The translations under genes were made by a program, and so were the position numbers. From the human T2T-CHM13v2.0 reference genome, Homo sapiens: a stretch of 64,000 nucleotides of DNA. Below the pieces are notes generated by a model. It saw only the letters and a program-made list of their open reading frames with translations. It had not been told where the DNA came from and did no database searches. Below are positions 1 to 11,470 of this stretch, piece by piece (position 1 is the stretch's first letter; the number at the start of each line of letters is the position of its first letter). Location of the stretch: the NCBI RefSeq assembly GCF_009914755.1, contig NC_060932.1, one strand, 5' to 3'.

Positions 1-859
1 GGTTCTTGCTAACCAAACTCCATGGTGCCTATGTTCTTGGGCAAAGATTGATTTTAAAAAGCAAAATAAAGTACAGAGAGACTGCTTTTGCATTGAAGTG
101 AAAATTGATGGGGTTTCAGGAAGCAAATTATTGGATTTGTGATTGTTTTCTGCTAGATAAATATCCAAGCAGAATTTTCAGGGGCTATAAATGCAAATTG
201 CTCACACTATTAAAAATGTACTTAATGCTAAGGACGTTTTAGCATGCCTATAGAACTTGACTGTTTCTGCCTGAAAATGTTAAATGTAGGAAAAGCATAA
301 TGAGACTTCCTAAACATTCTGTAAATGACATTAAGTACATTATTTCCTCATTAAAAATAAAAGAATTTCATAGAACAAAATAAATGTTAAGTGCTACAAA
401 TTGCTTTGTATAGCTACTTTTCTATTAAAGCAGATTACACTATAAATGGGAATCCAGCTTCATTAAGCTCTCACAGGTCAGGTTATTCCACTAATAGATC
501 ACCAACAGTACTTAGTGTAATTCCTTTGCTTTCTTCAAGAGCTTTTGCCACTAAAAAATAGGCAAAATCCATACCCATTCCCCCACCAAAAAGCAAAATT
601 GGAATAGTTTGTGGGTGTCAAATTTGTAAACTGCCATTTGAGGATGTATGTGTTTCAAAATCTGTTGTTTAAGCCATTAGAAATGGTTGAACTTTTCATA
701 AAGAATCATTGCTTACAAAAGAAATTTTAGAGATGGATAGAATTGTTTCATCAGTGGGAAGAATGGAAAAATCTGCCAGGTTTCAAGAATTCATACATCA
801 CAAGGGAATTCATAAACCTAATTATGAGAATGCTGTTTAAAAATTTTAAAAAAATATTT

Positions 860-1548
860 AAAAATTGTGGTTAAATATACACAACATAAAATGTACCATG
901 TTAACCATTTTTAAGTTTACAGTTCTGTGGCATTAAGTCCGTTCCCATTTTTGTGCAATGATCACCACTGTTCATCTCCACAAGTTTTTCATCTTTCCAA
1001 ATTGACATTCTGTACATTAAACAAGAACTCCCTACTCCCTATTCCCCTCTCCCCCTCACTCCTGGCAACCACCACTCTACTTTCTGTCTCACATCAATGG
1101 AATCATACAGTATTTGTCCTTTCGTGTTGCATAAAGACTTCAGTGTTCGTGAATGTTGCAGCATGTGTCAGAATTTCCTTTCTTTTAAATAAATACTCCT
1201 TTGTACATGTATGCTACATTTTGTTTATCTATTGACTCATCAGTGGATACTTGGGTTGCTTTTATCTATTGTCTATGCAGATAATGCTGCTATGAACATG
1301 ATGTGCAATATCTTTTGGAGTCCATGCTTTCTATGTATGCTGCCTTTGGGTATACTTCCAGAAGTGGACTTGCTGAATCATATGGTAATTCCATGTTTAA
1401 TTTTTTGAGCAACCACCATCTAGTTTTCAAAATGATTATATTATTTTACACTCCCACCAGCAATGCACAAAGGTTCTCATTCCTCCACCTCCTCATCAAC
1501 ACATGTAATTATTTTTTAAAAATAATATTCATCCTCTTGGGTGTGAGA
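860..1548 (-). mobile_element. Old LINE-1 3' end (L1MB-like), truncated
   Basis: Antisense L1M 3'UTR hallmarks: 'ttaaccatttttaag', 'ccctggcaaccaccactctactttctgtctc', 'tacactcccaccagcaatgcacaaaggttc'. Confidence 0.8.
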
Positions 1549-2199
1549 GAAGAATGTTCTTAACACTAAACTTAAAATTTTTTTTATTTGCTAAAGTTCT
1601 TTAAACTCACTGATCTCTACTAAATTGTTTATATTTTTAGATGTAATTTTATACTTTTTTGATAGTTACTTGACTAGTTCTGTCTCTTTCATTAGCCTGT
1701 AAGCTCAAAAGAGTGTAGAATATGTCTAGTTAGCAAAATTTTCCAGCATATAATAAGTGCTCAATAAAGTAAGTATCTGTCAAGCGTATAAGTAGCAGAA
1801 TTAATAAATTCCCAGGTCAGTACTTTTCTAGTTCATTTTCATTCTATTCAGCAAATTTGAATGATCACCTACCATTTACCAAATAGTATTTAACAGTATC
1901 CTGAGAATACTGTTAAATATCTTTGCTCAGATGTTGTCTTTCTTAAAACTGGTTATCTTTGTTAAAACCCTAACCCATACCATCAGAACTTGAGGCAATT
2001 TGGCAGAGTAATATCCCCACTAACGTCATTAATCCAATGAGTATATATTCAGGACTGTGTATAGGCAAGGAAGTGTGCAGTAGGTTTGGAGCAGGAGGTG
2101 GTGTGTATGGTAATGAATAGAATGACTAAAAGTACAGGGATATCAGTTTTTTCTGTCTGGAGAAATCTCCAGTCTCTACTAATTAATATTTTATTCAGC

Positions 2200-2781
<582 letters not shown>

Positions 2782-2967
2782 AGAGCTCACGAAGCATCTT
2801 TGTACTGAGGGAGCCTGCTGTCTAATAGGGGAGATACAAAATGCCTTAGCATCGCAAATATTAATATAAACAAACCACTGTAGAAGCAAAGAGAAGGAAA
2901 AAGTAATTCTAACTGCAGAGGGAGGGAATCTGAAGACTCAACAGTGAAGTTGCTTCTGAGCCATGCT

Positions 2968-3186
2968 GTGCATGGGCTTAAGTGAAGTTCAGAGGTGCAT
3001 GGGCTCAAGTGAAGTTCAGAGATGCACGGGCTCCAGTGATGTGCAGAGGTGCATGGGCTCCAGGAATGTGCAGAGGTGCATGGGCTCCAGGGATTTGCAG
3101 CGGTGCATGGGTTCCAGGGATGTGCAAAGGTGCATGGGCTCAAGTAAAGTGCAGAGGTGCCTGGGCTCAAGTGAAGTGCAGAGGTG
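2968..3186. repeat. 27-bp minisatellite, 8 copies (consensus GTGCATGGGCTCAAGTGAAGTGCAGAG)
   Basis: Units start at 2968, 2995, 3022, 3049, 3076, 3103, 3130 and 3157; the ORF track shows the 9-aa periodicity (MGSSEVQRC). Confidence 0.95.
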
Positions 3187-4323
3187 ACCCCAGCATCCTA
3201 ATTCACAGACTCTTTTCAGACTCTTTTTATCTTTTTAAGTCCTCCTTCAGTCTCTGCTGTGTGCATGCACAATTTTTACATTCTTGTGACCAATATATAT
3301 GCAGTTTCATTGTCTGCAGATAGAGCTCAACATCGTACCACAATTTTACAGAAAAGTCTATGGTTTTCTGTGGCTGAAAATATTCCAGGTGTGTGGCCAC
3401 AGATATTCCACTCTAAGCCTCAGTTTCCCATTTGCATATTGGGTTTTGGTAAGGGGGAAATGATTATAATGTAGTTGGTTGGTAATTTCACGTGGTTCCT
3501 GGCTGCACAGTACATCTCGGGGAAAGGTTTAATTTTTTCAACCACGATTTTCAGCTCTAACTTTGTTCACAGGGAGGGCAGGTGAAGATTGAAAAATCAC
3601 TCAGGCTTCTCAGGCAGCCCAGTTTACCTGGCTTTTCAGACACTGGAAGTCCTTGGAAAGATTTCTGACTGATATTTCAAGAAGCTGTGTTAGCCATGGG
3701 ATACACCCTGATTATTGCAGGTAGATAAAAGCGAGGAGCAAATGGTGGGCTTAGCGGCCACAGCCAGCAGGAAATTCAGGAAATTTAGCTCCATTGTCAT
3801 CACCTTTTCTCAACGAGTCTTGGTCTTACAATGGAAGTGAAAATGCAAAGTCAGAAAACAGAAATGCCTTCAAATATTTTATTGCACACTGATAGATGAA
3901 GTAATTTTTCTCTGTGATCCATCACCAGAACACTTGCTAAGGGAGGTTATTTATTAGTTTCACAAAATGATAGATTTTTTCCAGGCACACATGCTGATTT
4001 AGTTTCAACTGTATGGCAGAATTTCTTAAAGACCCTATCTTTCATAGACTTTGGAGCAAGGTATCCAGATGATTAATTTTGAAGAAAGGGCTCTGACAAA
4101 ATAGCAGATAAATCAGAAAAATATTACATTCTTAGTCTTTCCTGGCAAGAGCTGCAATAGTTTAAGAAATCAGCTTTAAAAAATTGCAAAGCTGAGGTAG
4201 ATTTCACATTTTAGATACTAAAATATTTTGCAGTGTTTGAATGTTAAATTCAACAGATTATAAAAATTATCAGAACATATCTGCTGGATAAGAAAAATAA
4301 TTTACTAGATTGACTGCACCCCA

Positions 4324-4620
4324 TTTTTTTTTCTTTTTTTTTGAGATGGAGTCTCACTCTGTCGCCAGGCTAGAGTGTAGTGGCATGATCTCAGCTCACT
4401 GTAACCTCTGCCTCCAGGTTCAAGTGATTCTACTGCCTCAGCCTCCTAAGTAGCTGGGACTACAGGCACGCGCCACCACGCCCAGCTAATTTTTGTATTT
4501 TTGGTAGAGATGGGGTTTCACCATGTTGGCCAGGATGATCTCGATCTCTTGACCTTGTGATCTGCCCACCTCGGCCTCCCAAAGCACTGGGATTACAGGT
4601 GTGAGCCAGCACACCTGGCC
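4324..4620 (-). mobile_element. AluS (AluSc-like)
   Basis: Poly-T plus full antisense dimer; 'gtcgccagg' and 'gatctcttgacc' variants. Confidence 0.9.
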
Positions 4621-5219
4621 TTTTCTAACAGGATTGGAGTTGTTTCCTCATAAATCCTCTTGGATTCCTAAGACACAGCTGTGGGCAGGGGTATAATCCC
4701 ATTAAAAATAGTGTAAAAGACACAAAGTGATTACACAAAAACTAGCCAGTTGATAGGGCAGTGTAAGTCCTCACACTGGAAAGTAAGTCCTTACTAGGAA
4801 AGCCAGTTTTCCTAAATTTAGAAGCTATTTTAATAAATCTCTCCATTGCTAAAATATCAACCTTTCTGCACAAACATTGACCATATTTTCAAAGTAGGAA
4901 AAACTAGAACTTTAAGGAAGATGCAAAATGAATAGACTGAATCATGGATGTGTAAGGCAGGCTCAGGGGCCAATCTTTGGGCACCCAGCTGTGGGGCTAA
5001 GCTTGTTTTCTTGGTTTGGAGGCTGCAGTGTTGGCTGCCCAGGCTGAATTGCCTCCAACTTAGAGAGTTTTATTTCATTCTCATAGAAAATGCTCATTGT
5101 CACATTTTTACATTTTGCACAACTACAAAAAGAGATAAACTGAACTATGATAGAACATTGGCTATAGTGTGGAGTTGGGCAGGCAAGACCATAAGCACGG
5201 TGACCTGCTTAAAGACTAT

Positions 5220-5513
5220 GTACTATAGTTGTCCAGGGTAAAAGATGACCATTGCCTGATTGAGGCAGAGGCAATAGAGACAGAAGAAGAGACCAGTTTG
5301 ACTTTGTGTTGTCTGAATGAGTGGTGAGAAGAAATGAGTCCATGATGATGGCCATGTTTTTCGACTTGAGCAACTGGGTTAAAGTTAACTGAGCCTCTGA
5401 AGAGAGGAGGAAAGAGAAGATTTAAGGAAAAGGTGATTGGCTTACTTTTGCACATGGATGTCAATGCCTGTGATGTCTCAGATAGCCAATTAAATAGATG
5501 AATTTCAAGGTCA
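5220..5513 (-). mobile_element. L2 remnant (left of MLT1E insertion)
   Basis: Degenerate purine-rich antisense L2 motifs ('gtccagggtaaaagatga', 'ttgagcaactgggt'); continues at ~6530. Confidence 0.5.
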
Positions 5514-5514
5514 G

Positions 5515-6529
5515 TGTGGTAGGCAGAATTCAAAGATGCCACCAATATCCTTGTACAATCTTTTGAGTGTGTTTTTGTGGTGGGGATTGGGGGAGTAACT
5601 CATAACTTGCTTCTAACCGATAGAGTATGGCAAAAGTGATGGGATGTAACTCCCATGATTTGATTACACTAAAGGTATAGGAATTTTGCAAATGTAACTA
5701 CAGTAAATTCTCTAATAAATTGACTCTGACTTCATCAAAAGAAAGATTATCATGGGTGGGCCTGCCCTAATCAGGTAAGATCTTTAAAGCAGGATCAGGT
5801 CTTCCCTGAAAGTAAACACTCAAAGTGAGACACTCCTGTTATGTTTGAATGTATGTGTCACTCTAAAATTCCCATGTTGGAACTAAATGTCAAGGTGATA
5901 GTATTAAGAGGTGGAATCTTTTGGGAAGTAGTTAAGGGCTTGCCCTAATGACTGGGTTAGTGTTCTTATGGAGGAGGTAGAAAGGAGTACTCTCCTATTT
6001 CTCCCACTTTCCTGCCATGTGAGGACATATAAGAGGGGACTGTATTGAGGAACAGCCCTCACCGGACACTGAAACTGCCGATGTCTTGGTCTTGGACCCC
6101 CAGGCCTCAGAACTGTGAGAAATAAATTTCTGTCATTGATAAATTACCCAGTCTCAGGTGTTTTGTTATGGCAGTAGAAGCAGACTAAGATGACTTCCCT
6201 GCTGCCTTTAAATAAATTAGCTGCCATGTCATGAGAGGGCCTGTGAGAGGGCCACATGGCAGGGAACTGTGGAGCTTCCAGCTGCTAATGTGGTTGACAA
6301 TTAGCAAGAAGTCATGGGCCTGAGTGCTACAGCTGAAAGGAGCTAAATTCTGCAAACAACCTTGTGAGCTTGGAAGAGAACTCTGGGCTCTGGAAGGGAA
6401 TATAGCTTATGTAATATCTAGACTTGCACCCGAGGAGAAATAAGTCCTGCCTGGACTCCTGAACTATGGACACCGTAAGATAATAAATGTATGCTGCTAT
6501 ATTTGTTCACAGCATAGAAAACTACTACA
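5515..6529 (+). mobile_element. MaLR LTR MLT1E-like (split by nested MST LTR)
   Basis: Start 'tgtggtaggcagaattcaaagatg', internal 'cttgcttctaacc..gtatggcaaaagtgatgggatgt', end 'gcatagaaaactactaca'. Confidence 0.75.
5837..6192 (+). mobile_element. MaLR LTR MST-type (MSTC/D-like), nested in MLT1E
   Basis: Start 'tgttatgtttgaatg', 'gatagtattaagaggtgg', 'cagaactgtgagaaataaatttc..aattacccagtctcagg', end 'gactaaga'. Confidence 0.75.
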
Positions 6530-7000
6530 GGTAACACTAGGACTGGATGTATAGATTGGGGATTCCACGACATAGAGAAATAAATGCTATCACCCAGGGA
6601 CAGCTTGTAGAGTAGGAGAATCAGTGTGTCAAAGAAAGAGCCTGGAGGAACAGCTACATTTTAGGGAAGAGAGGGAGACTTCCTACCAAAAAAAAAAGGA
6701 ATCTGGAAGATGCCATCAGGAAGGGATGAAGAGAGCAAGGGGAGAGTAAAGTAGAGGAAAGCCAAAGGGATGGAGGGCTTAAAGAAATGCCAAGTGGTCA
6801 ACCATGTACAATGCAGTGAAGAGATCCAGGAAGTGAAGACCAGAACGTGGCCAATGTACGAATCGTGGGGGACCTTCTGAACAGTTTCAGTCAGGGGTGG
6901 TGGTGAGAAATGTGGGGGTCATATACAATGGGCTGAGGAGTGAAGGTGGGATGATTTTTCAAAACACTAAGTGAAAAAATAGATAGTCCCTAGAGATTCC
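6530..7000 (-). mobile_element. L2 remnant (right part)
   Basis: Degenerate antisense L2 motifs ('gagcctggaggaacagctacattttaggg', 'gaaagccaaaggga', 'cagtttcagt'). Confidence 0.5.
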
Positions 7001-7029
7001 GAGAATCCAATGAGGAGTCTTTTGTATTT

Positions 7030-7232
7030 TGCTCCTCCTTCTCCCTCTTCCTTCTCTTCCCCTTTCCTTCCTCTCCCTCCTTCTTCTCTTCCCCCTCCTT
7101 CTCCTTCTTTCCCTTCTCTTCCTTCCCCCTTTACCTCCTCCTCCTCCCCCTACTCTTCCTTCTCCTCCTGTTCTTCCTGCTTCTCCTCCTCTCCTTTTCC
7201 TCTGCCTCCCCCTCTCCTCCTCCTCTTCCTTC
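7030..7232. repeat. CT-rich low-complexity (polypyrimidine) tract
   Basis: ~200 nt of CCT/CTT-type repeats. Confidence 0.9.
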
Positions 7233-7391
7233 GGAATGAGATAGTTCTGAAATGTTTGTGGGATGAAGGAAAAGATCCACTGGAGGGCAAGTCTTTGAGC
7301 TTAACTTCTCATGAGTCGTTCATGATTTGCCACTCACTGTGTGCCAGGCAATGGTTGCAAGTACAAATCTGCTTCTTGCTTTGAAGGCAGC

Positions 7392-7883
7392 TGTGCTAGG
7401 CAGAATTATGGCCCCCCAAAGACATCTGCATCTTAAGCCGAGACTGGCTATGTTTCCTCTTACTTTGCAGATGTGATTCAATTATGGATCTTGAGCCAGG
7501 GAGGTTATCCTAGAATACATGGATGGGCCCAATATAGGGGTTCTTATTATAGGAGGGAAGCAGAAAGGTCAAAGTCAGAGAAAAGAGCTTTGAAGCAGAG
7601 GGAGGTGGCATCAGAGGGAGATGCAGAGCCTCTGCGGCTGGCTTTGAAAGGGAAGGAAGGGGCCACAAGTGAAGGAAGGCAGGTGGCCTCTGGAAGCTGG
7701 AAAAGGCAAGTGACAGATTTGGCCCTCGATCCTCTGGGGGGAGTATGGTTGTGCTGACACATTAATTTTGGCTCAGTGAAACCTGTATCAGACTTCCCAC
7801 CCCCAGAACAGGAGATAATAAATTCGTGTTGTTTTAAGCCACTGAGCTTGCAGTTTGTCGCAGTAGCCATAAGAAACTCACAC
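7392..7883 (+). mobile_element. MaLR LTR MLT1D-like
   Basis: Start 'tgtgctaggcagaattatggcccc', 'ctggctttgaa', 'ggcctctggaagctggaaaaggcaag', end 'gccataagaaactcacaca'. Confidence 0.8.
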
Positions 7884-7974
7884 AGAGGCTGATAGCAGAA
7901 GCAGCCTCTCCGCCCTCCAGTTCCATGCTCTACTTGGGAACCACCAGGGCTGCAGCGTCTGGGGAGGAACTCCC

Positions 7975-8470
7975 AGAAAGCTTTCCCAGGGAGGTAGTGT
8001 CTGAACAGGGTTCAGAAGGAAGAGTGCGGATCAAACGGCAACAGAGGTAGGCAGTGAGGTGGCGGGGGACATTTCAGAGAGGGAGCATCAGGGACAAAAC
8101 CTAGCGTCAGGAGTGTGCAGGAGAAACCCCAGATGCCTCAGCAGATGCAGCGGGGGCTGGACTCCAGAGCGTGAAGTGAGGAGCCCAGGGTACTGAGGCT
8201 GGCGCTGCCCAGTTGGTCCCAAGAGATCCTGACGACACAGAGGAGCCATTGAAAGGCTTGTGTGGGGGAATACACATGGTAAGGTGTGGATGTTGGGGAA
8301 ATGATTTTGGAGGAAGAGGGAGGAAGGGATTGGAAAGATAGAAGCAGGAAGTCCAGTCACGTGGTTGTCACAGTGATAGGAGCTAAGGTGGTGGTGTCAA
8401 TGGAGAGAAAAGACAGAGCTAAAATTCCTTAAGGCCACAGAGCGGGTGTGAATAAGGTGAAGTTCTAGGG
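7975..8470 (-). mobile_element. L2 remnant
   Basis: 'gctttcccagggaggtagtgtctgaacagggtt', 'ggagccattgaaaggc', 'gaagcaggaagtccagt'. Confidence 0.5.
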
Positions 8471-9055
8471 AAGACAGAAGATGGGGAGCTGAATGGACAC
8501 TCCTCAGCCGGGCTGCTGCCAGCAGGGAGGCGCCTTGGAGATGAAGCAGGTGGGGCAGGAAGTAAACCTCAGGGGAACAGCAGGTGTATGTAGTGGTGCC
8601 TGACTGCCTGCTTCCCTAGTGCCCTCCATCATCCTCTGGCAGTGCCAGTGTCGGGGACAGGTGAAGCTTGGAAACACCTGCTTAAGAGATTAATTAAGGA
8701 TCTGACCAAGCCCACCGGTTAGGTTAGTGGCTTCTTCCAGCTCATCCTAGACCTACATTTTGGTCCCACTATCCCTCACCACTCCCAGGTAGCATTTAAT
8801 ATTAGGGTGTAGGTGGCACCTTCTCCCATCCCCGGGGGTATCTGGACCAGGGAAAAGGAGGCTCTTACCTGCTCTGAGCTTCTTGGTTTAGTGTCACCCC
8901 TTGGGGATATTCAAGGCTCAGTTTAGGTTCCCAGTTACTGAAATGTGTCCACTTGCTTCACTCCCAGCTTCCAGGTCTGTTCTCATGTTCTAAGCATTCC
9001 TTCCAGGGAGCCTCTGCTCTTTGACTGCTGCTAATCTCTGGAAAGGACTGGTTTG

Positions 9056-9128
9056 CCTGACCTCAGGTGATCCCCGCCTCAACCTCCCAAAGTGCTGGGG
9101 TTACAGGCATGAGCCACTGTGCCCAGCC
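9056..9128 (-). mobile_element. Alu fragment (only the 5'-most ~73 nt)
   Basis: 'cctgacctcaggtgatcc..cccaaagtgctggggttacaggcatgagccactgtgcccagcc'; the rest of the Alu is absent. Confidence 0.9.
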
Positions 9129-10444
9129 TAGTGTCCTCTTAAGAAGAAGAATTAGGACAGATGTTGCGGGAAGTCAGGGACCCCAAATGGAGGGACCGGC
9201 TGAAGCCATGGTAGAAGAATGTGCATTGTGAAGATTTCATGGGCATTTATTAGTTCCCCAGATTAGTACTTTTATAATTTCTTATGCCTGTCTTTACTGC
9301 AATCTCTAAACATAAATTGTAAAGATTTCATGGACACTTATCACTTCCCCAATCAATACCCTTGTGATTTCCTACACCCGTCTTTACTTTAATCTCTTAA
9401 TCCTGTCAGCTGAGGAGGATGTATGTTGCCTCAGGACCCTGTAACAATTGCATTAATTGCACAAATTGTAGAGCATGTGTGTTTGAGCAATATTAAATCT
9501 GGGCACTTTGAAAAAAGAACAGGATAACAGCAATTGTTCAGGGAATAAGAGAGATAACCTTAAACTCTGACCACCGGTGAGCCGGGTGGAACAGAGCCAT
9601 ATTTCTCTTCTTTCAAAAGCAAATGGGAGAAATATCGCTGAACTCTTTTTCTCAGCAAGAAACATCCCTGGGAAAGAGAATATGTGCCTGGAGATATAGG
9701 CCTATAAATGCCCCCCCACTCAAGGTGTGCCCGTCTCTTATGGTTGAGACTGCAGGGGTGAAATAGACCCCAGTCTCCCATAGCGCTCCCAGGCTTGTTA
9801 GGAAGAGGAAATTCCCACCTAATAATTTTGGTCAGACCGGTTGCTCTCAAAACCCTATCTCCTGATAAGATGTTATCAATGACAATGGTGCCTGAAACTT
9901 CATTAGCAATTTTAATTTCACCTCGGTCCTGTGGTCCTGTGATCTCGCCCTGCCTCCACTTGCCTTGTGATATTCTATTACCTTGTAAAGTACTTGATGT
10001 CTGTGACCCACACCTATTCACACACTCCCTCCCCTTTTGAAAGTCCCTAATAAAAACTTGCTGGTTTTTGCGGCTTGTGGGGCATCATGGAACCTACCAA
10101 CATGTGATGTCTCCCCCAGACGCCCAGCTTTAAAATTTCTCTCTTTTGTACTCTGTCCCTTTATTTCTCAAGCTGGCTGACGCTTAAGGAAAATAGAAAA
10201 GAACCTATGTGACTATCGGGGCAGGTTCCCCAATAGACATAGATATGCACACAGGGAAGGTCATGTGAAGACACAGGGAGAAGGCAGCCATCTAAAGGCC
10301 ATGAAGAGAGGCCTCAGAAGAAACAAACCTGTTGACATCTTGATCTTCGACATCTTACCTCCAGAACTGTGAGAAAATAATTTTTCTTGCTTAAGCTGCC
10401 CAGTTTGTGGTGATTTGTTATGGCAGCCTTAGCAAACTCAGGCA
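9129..10444 (+). mobile_element. MaLR LTR MLT1B-like, 3' half only, split by MER11
   Basis: 'gtgtcctcttaagaagaagaattaggacaga' continues after MER11 as 'cacagggaaggtcatgtgaagacacagggagaaggcagccatct...ttatggcagccttagcaaact'. Confidence 0.75.
9162..10235 (+). mobile_element. MER11 solo LTR (HERV-K HML-8 family), 1074 bp
   Basis: Canonical start 'tgttgcgggaagtcagggacccc' and end 'gggcaggttccccaata'; AATAAA at 10049; 6-bp TSD gacaga/gacata. Confidence 0.9.
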
Positions 10445-11416
10445 TCCGTCCAACTTTTTGCACCTGATTTCAGATGCCTGGGGTAACTTTATGGTTATAA
10501 TTTGATCCATGTCTCTGTCCTTATGGGCAAAGAATGCATTGACCATATATCATGAGAATTCTGGCCCACTTGGCAGCTCTGTTTCCCACTGTGAGTTTAA
10601 CTGGCATTCTGGTTAATGCATCTGTCTTATGAGCATGTATAGGATGGCTCATTTTGAATACCTCTCATACTTGTGTGTGCTGGCAAAATTGAGCTCCTGG
10701 ACCTGAATAACCATTTTCACATTGAAAATGTTTTAGCTGTAATTCCTATTGTGTAACATAAAGTAAGTATTTAGCTTTTCAAGTGCCTTTTATTATTTTT
10801 TTAAAGAAATTTGTACAGCAGATAGCCCCATTCCAACCCTAACCACTTATCTTCTGAAGTTTTATGGTCAAAGATGGGATGGAGGGATGGGATAATGTTT
10901 TGGCACAGGATGAGGATGTCAGGTATTCAAAGAACTTAGTCAGAAAAATCAGACTTAAAGTTTAGTAGTTTATTTTTAAGCTGTATTAAATATCCTAGCA
11001 GTCACTTTAAATGGGCTATATAAAAGTATAATTATACTTTTATAATGGGCTATATAAAAGTAGCATTAAATTTACTGCTCTGGCCACATGGCACATGGTC
11101 AGTGGGAATGTACATAAAAATAGCTCAAGAGGTGAGTAATTGTACTAAAGTCACTGTGTACCTGAGCTTGATAGCCTATGAATTCAAGCTGCTTATTATA
11201 TTGGGTCAACCTCATGAGCTAGCTTGTTTTCCAGTGATTGAAGGTAAAGTTTAACGGATGTCTTTTTTTTACTATGATTATGGAGAAAAATCAAGTTTGC
11301 ACTTTAATTTTCATCAATCTATAAACAGGATCCTACTAGCTAGAACTTTGAAGCCCCATATTTCCTCCTTTGCATTCAATGGTATTGAACTCGGAATTAT
11401 GGCCCTGAAATTGAAA

Positions 11417-11417
<1 letters not shown>

Positions 11418-11464
<47 letters not shown>
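11418..11464. repeat. (TG)~23 microsatellite
   Basis: Direct reading. Confidence 0.98.

Positions 11465-11470
<6 letters not shown>

Noticed and set aside
2968-3186. 27-bp repeat array as a CRISPR array or repeat-protein gene
   Set aside because: Units are contiguous with no unique spacers, there are no cas genes and the context is primate; the ORFs have no evident splice or promoter support.
7010-7384. Pro/Ser-rich ORF (and Arg/Gly/Glu-rich ORFs at 33917-34284)
   Set aside because: Translations of CT-rich low-complexity tracts.
9560-10021. 153-aa minus-strand ORF
   Set aside because: Lies entirely within the MER11 LTR; no recognisable retroviral protein motif.
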